A program made the position numbers and the translations under genes. Below are positions 62,471 through 64,000 of a DNA stretch of 64,000 nucleotides, piece by piece. The stretch's first letter is position 1. The number at the start of each line of letters is the position of its first letter. Origin of the DNA: Geosiphon pyriformis uo1 (Eukaryota; Fungi; Glomeromycota); the NCBI GenBank assembly GCA_016748015.1, contig JAAOMT010000480.1:744001-808000 (forward strand). The letters are read 5' to 3'. The notes below the pieces were generated by a model that saw only the letters and a list, made by a program, of their open reading frames with translations, was not told where the DNA came from and ran no database searches.

Positions 62471-64000
62471 TATAATATTAATAATACCAATATATTATTG
62501 TTACAGATTAGAATAACAAGCTAATAAATAGCAAAAGAAAATAGGATTGTAAGATAATAAAATTAATCAAAGAGAGAAATACAATAAAGAAGCAAATTAA
62601 ATGAGTAAAAAATTCAATATACATGATTAGTCTTATAAAAATCACAGTTATAAATCTTTTTTGGAAATCTAAAAGTAGAGAAATAGTTCATAATTGTTAA
62701 CAAAATAACATTATTATTATTATTTTATGTCTTACTTGACAATTTTTAGAATCAATAACAAATATTGTTATGCTTTTTAATTATTTTTTTATTTAATAAA
62801 TTACAAAAACAAGCAATCACTTCTCAGACTAATTTTTAATAATACAAATTAAGAAAAAAAAAGATAAGATATATAAAAACCAACAAGTAATATTTTATCT
62901 TAAAATGTTTTGATACTTAAAAATAGAAAAAAAAAATAAGCAATATAAAAAAAAATAATTAATAATAGATTTTATTTTGTTATTTTAATCATGTTTTTTT
63001 ACAGCTAAAAAACTTATTACTTATATAGTTATTAAAAATAGTCAATAATTAAATCAATAATCAGGTTATTAATTACTATCTAAAAATAAGATGGCTAATT
63101 ATGTAACATCAATAGCTAATACATATAATAACTAATAAAAATTATGAATTTTAATTGTAATATTATTTTTTTTAAAGAAATTAAGCTCAGACAAAATCAA
63201 ACTATTTATAATGTAATCTATTTAAAGATTTTTATTTAACTTAAAACTAACTAATTTATTAAAGTTTTTTGTAAATAAAAGTTTTGGTTCTTTTAACAAT
63301 AGTTAAAACTCTTAAAATATCTAATTATATAATGCCCAAAATTTTTATTTGTATTTTTGAAGTTGTTTTTTTATAAGCTTTATGTTTTTTATAATTTTAT
63401 CAAGTCAATTATAGAGTTTTAGTTGTTTTTCATATAACAGATTTTTGTTTATGGTCAAAATTTTTTTAATTGTTTTTTCAAGTGTATTAGAAAATACTAG
63501 TATGTTTTTAAGCATATATTTATTTATTTTGTTACCAATTTTTTCTTTTTTGGTAGTGGTTTCTTTTGGTTTAATAACAATATGTATTCTATTATTATCA
63601 ATTATAATAGTTTGTTTTTTAATAATCAGAGTAATATTTGGATAATTTTTGATCCAATACTTATAAAAAGTATAAAAAATGTTTTAAATATTTGATCCAG
63701 AAAATAATTATTTAGGTTAGTTAAAAATACCTCTGTTTTAAAAATAGTGTGTTTATTTATATCTGATTTTTGCTAATTATTTGGGTTAGTATTATTACAA
63801 CAAATAACCAATCAGATTATTTGTGATATTTTTTAAGTCATATATTATAAACAAAGCGATTTTTAAAAATTGTTCTATATTGATCTTGTAAGATATAAAA
63901 ACTATTGTTCAAAATTTTGTTGATTATAAAGAGTTTTTTTGACTGGCTAGAGAATTTATTATTATTTTTATAGTTAAAACTCATAGTTTTTATTAGTTAT

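Noticed and set aside
63445-63645. 66-aa hydrophobic ORF
   Set aside because: F/I/L richness is expected from T-rich decayed DNA; no other support

Overview
Eukaryotic, almost certainly fungal, repeat-dense DNA. The style recalls Glomeromycotina assemblies such as Geosiphon, but that is recollection, not something the sequence proves. About 60 kb is a nested stack of retroelements. There are seven recognisable copies of one non-LTR (LINE) superfamily: ORF1 with RRM-like domains and a CCHC knuckle, and ORF2 with APE-RT(FVDD)-RNase H-CCHC, joined by an ATGA overlap. There are also two near-full-length Ty3/Gypsy-type LTR elements and two solo LTRs, all with 4-bp TSDs and all inserted inside LINEs. 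Most of the AT-rich 'spacers' are fossil LINEs converted by massive C>T/G>A mutation, and they can be rejoined across the TSDs of younger insertions. The LTR elements have an unusual layout: extra Gag N-terminal domain, CA/NC, protease, Cys-rich multi-zinc domain, dUTPase, RT-RNase H, stop, separate integrase ORF, then a conserved unknown 3' ORF. Their LTRs carry a covarying hairpin with a palindromic loop. The only host gene is a 4-exon SLX1 (GIY-YIG nuclease) at 60.8-61.9 kb, which has kept its CpGs. Element A is mis-assembled around five N gaps. All alignments and counts were done by eye.
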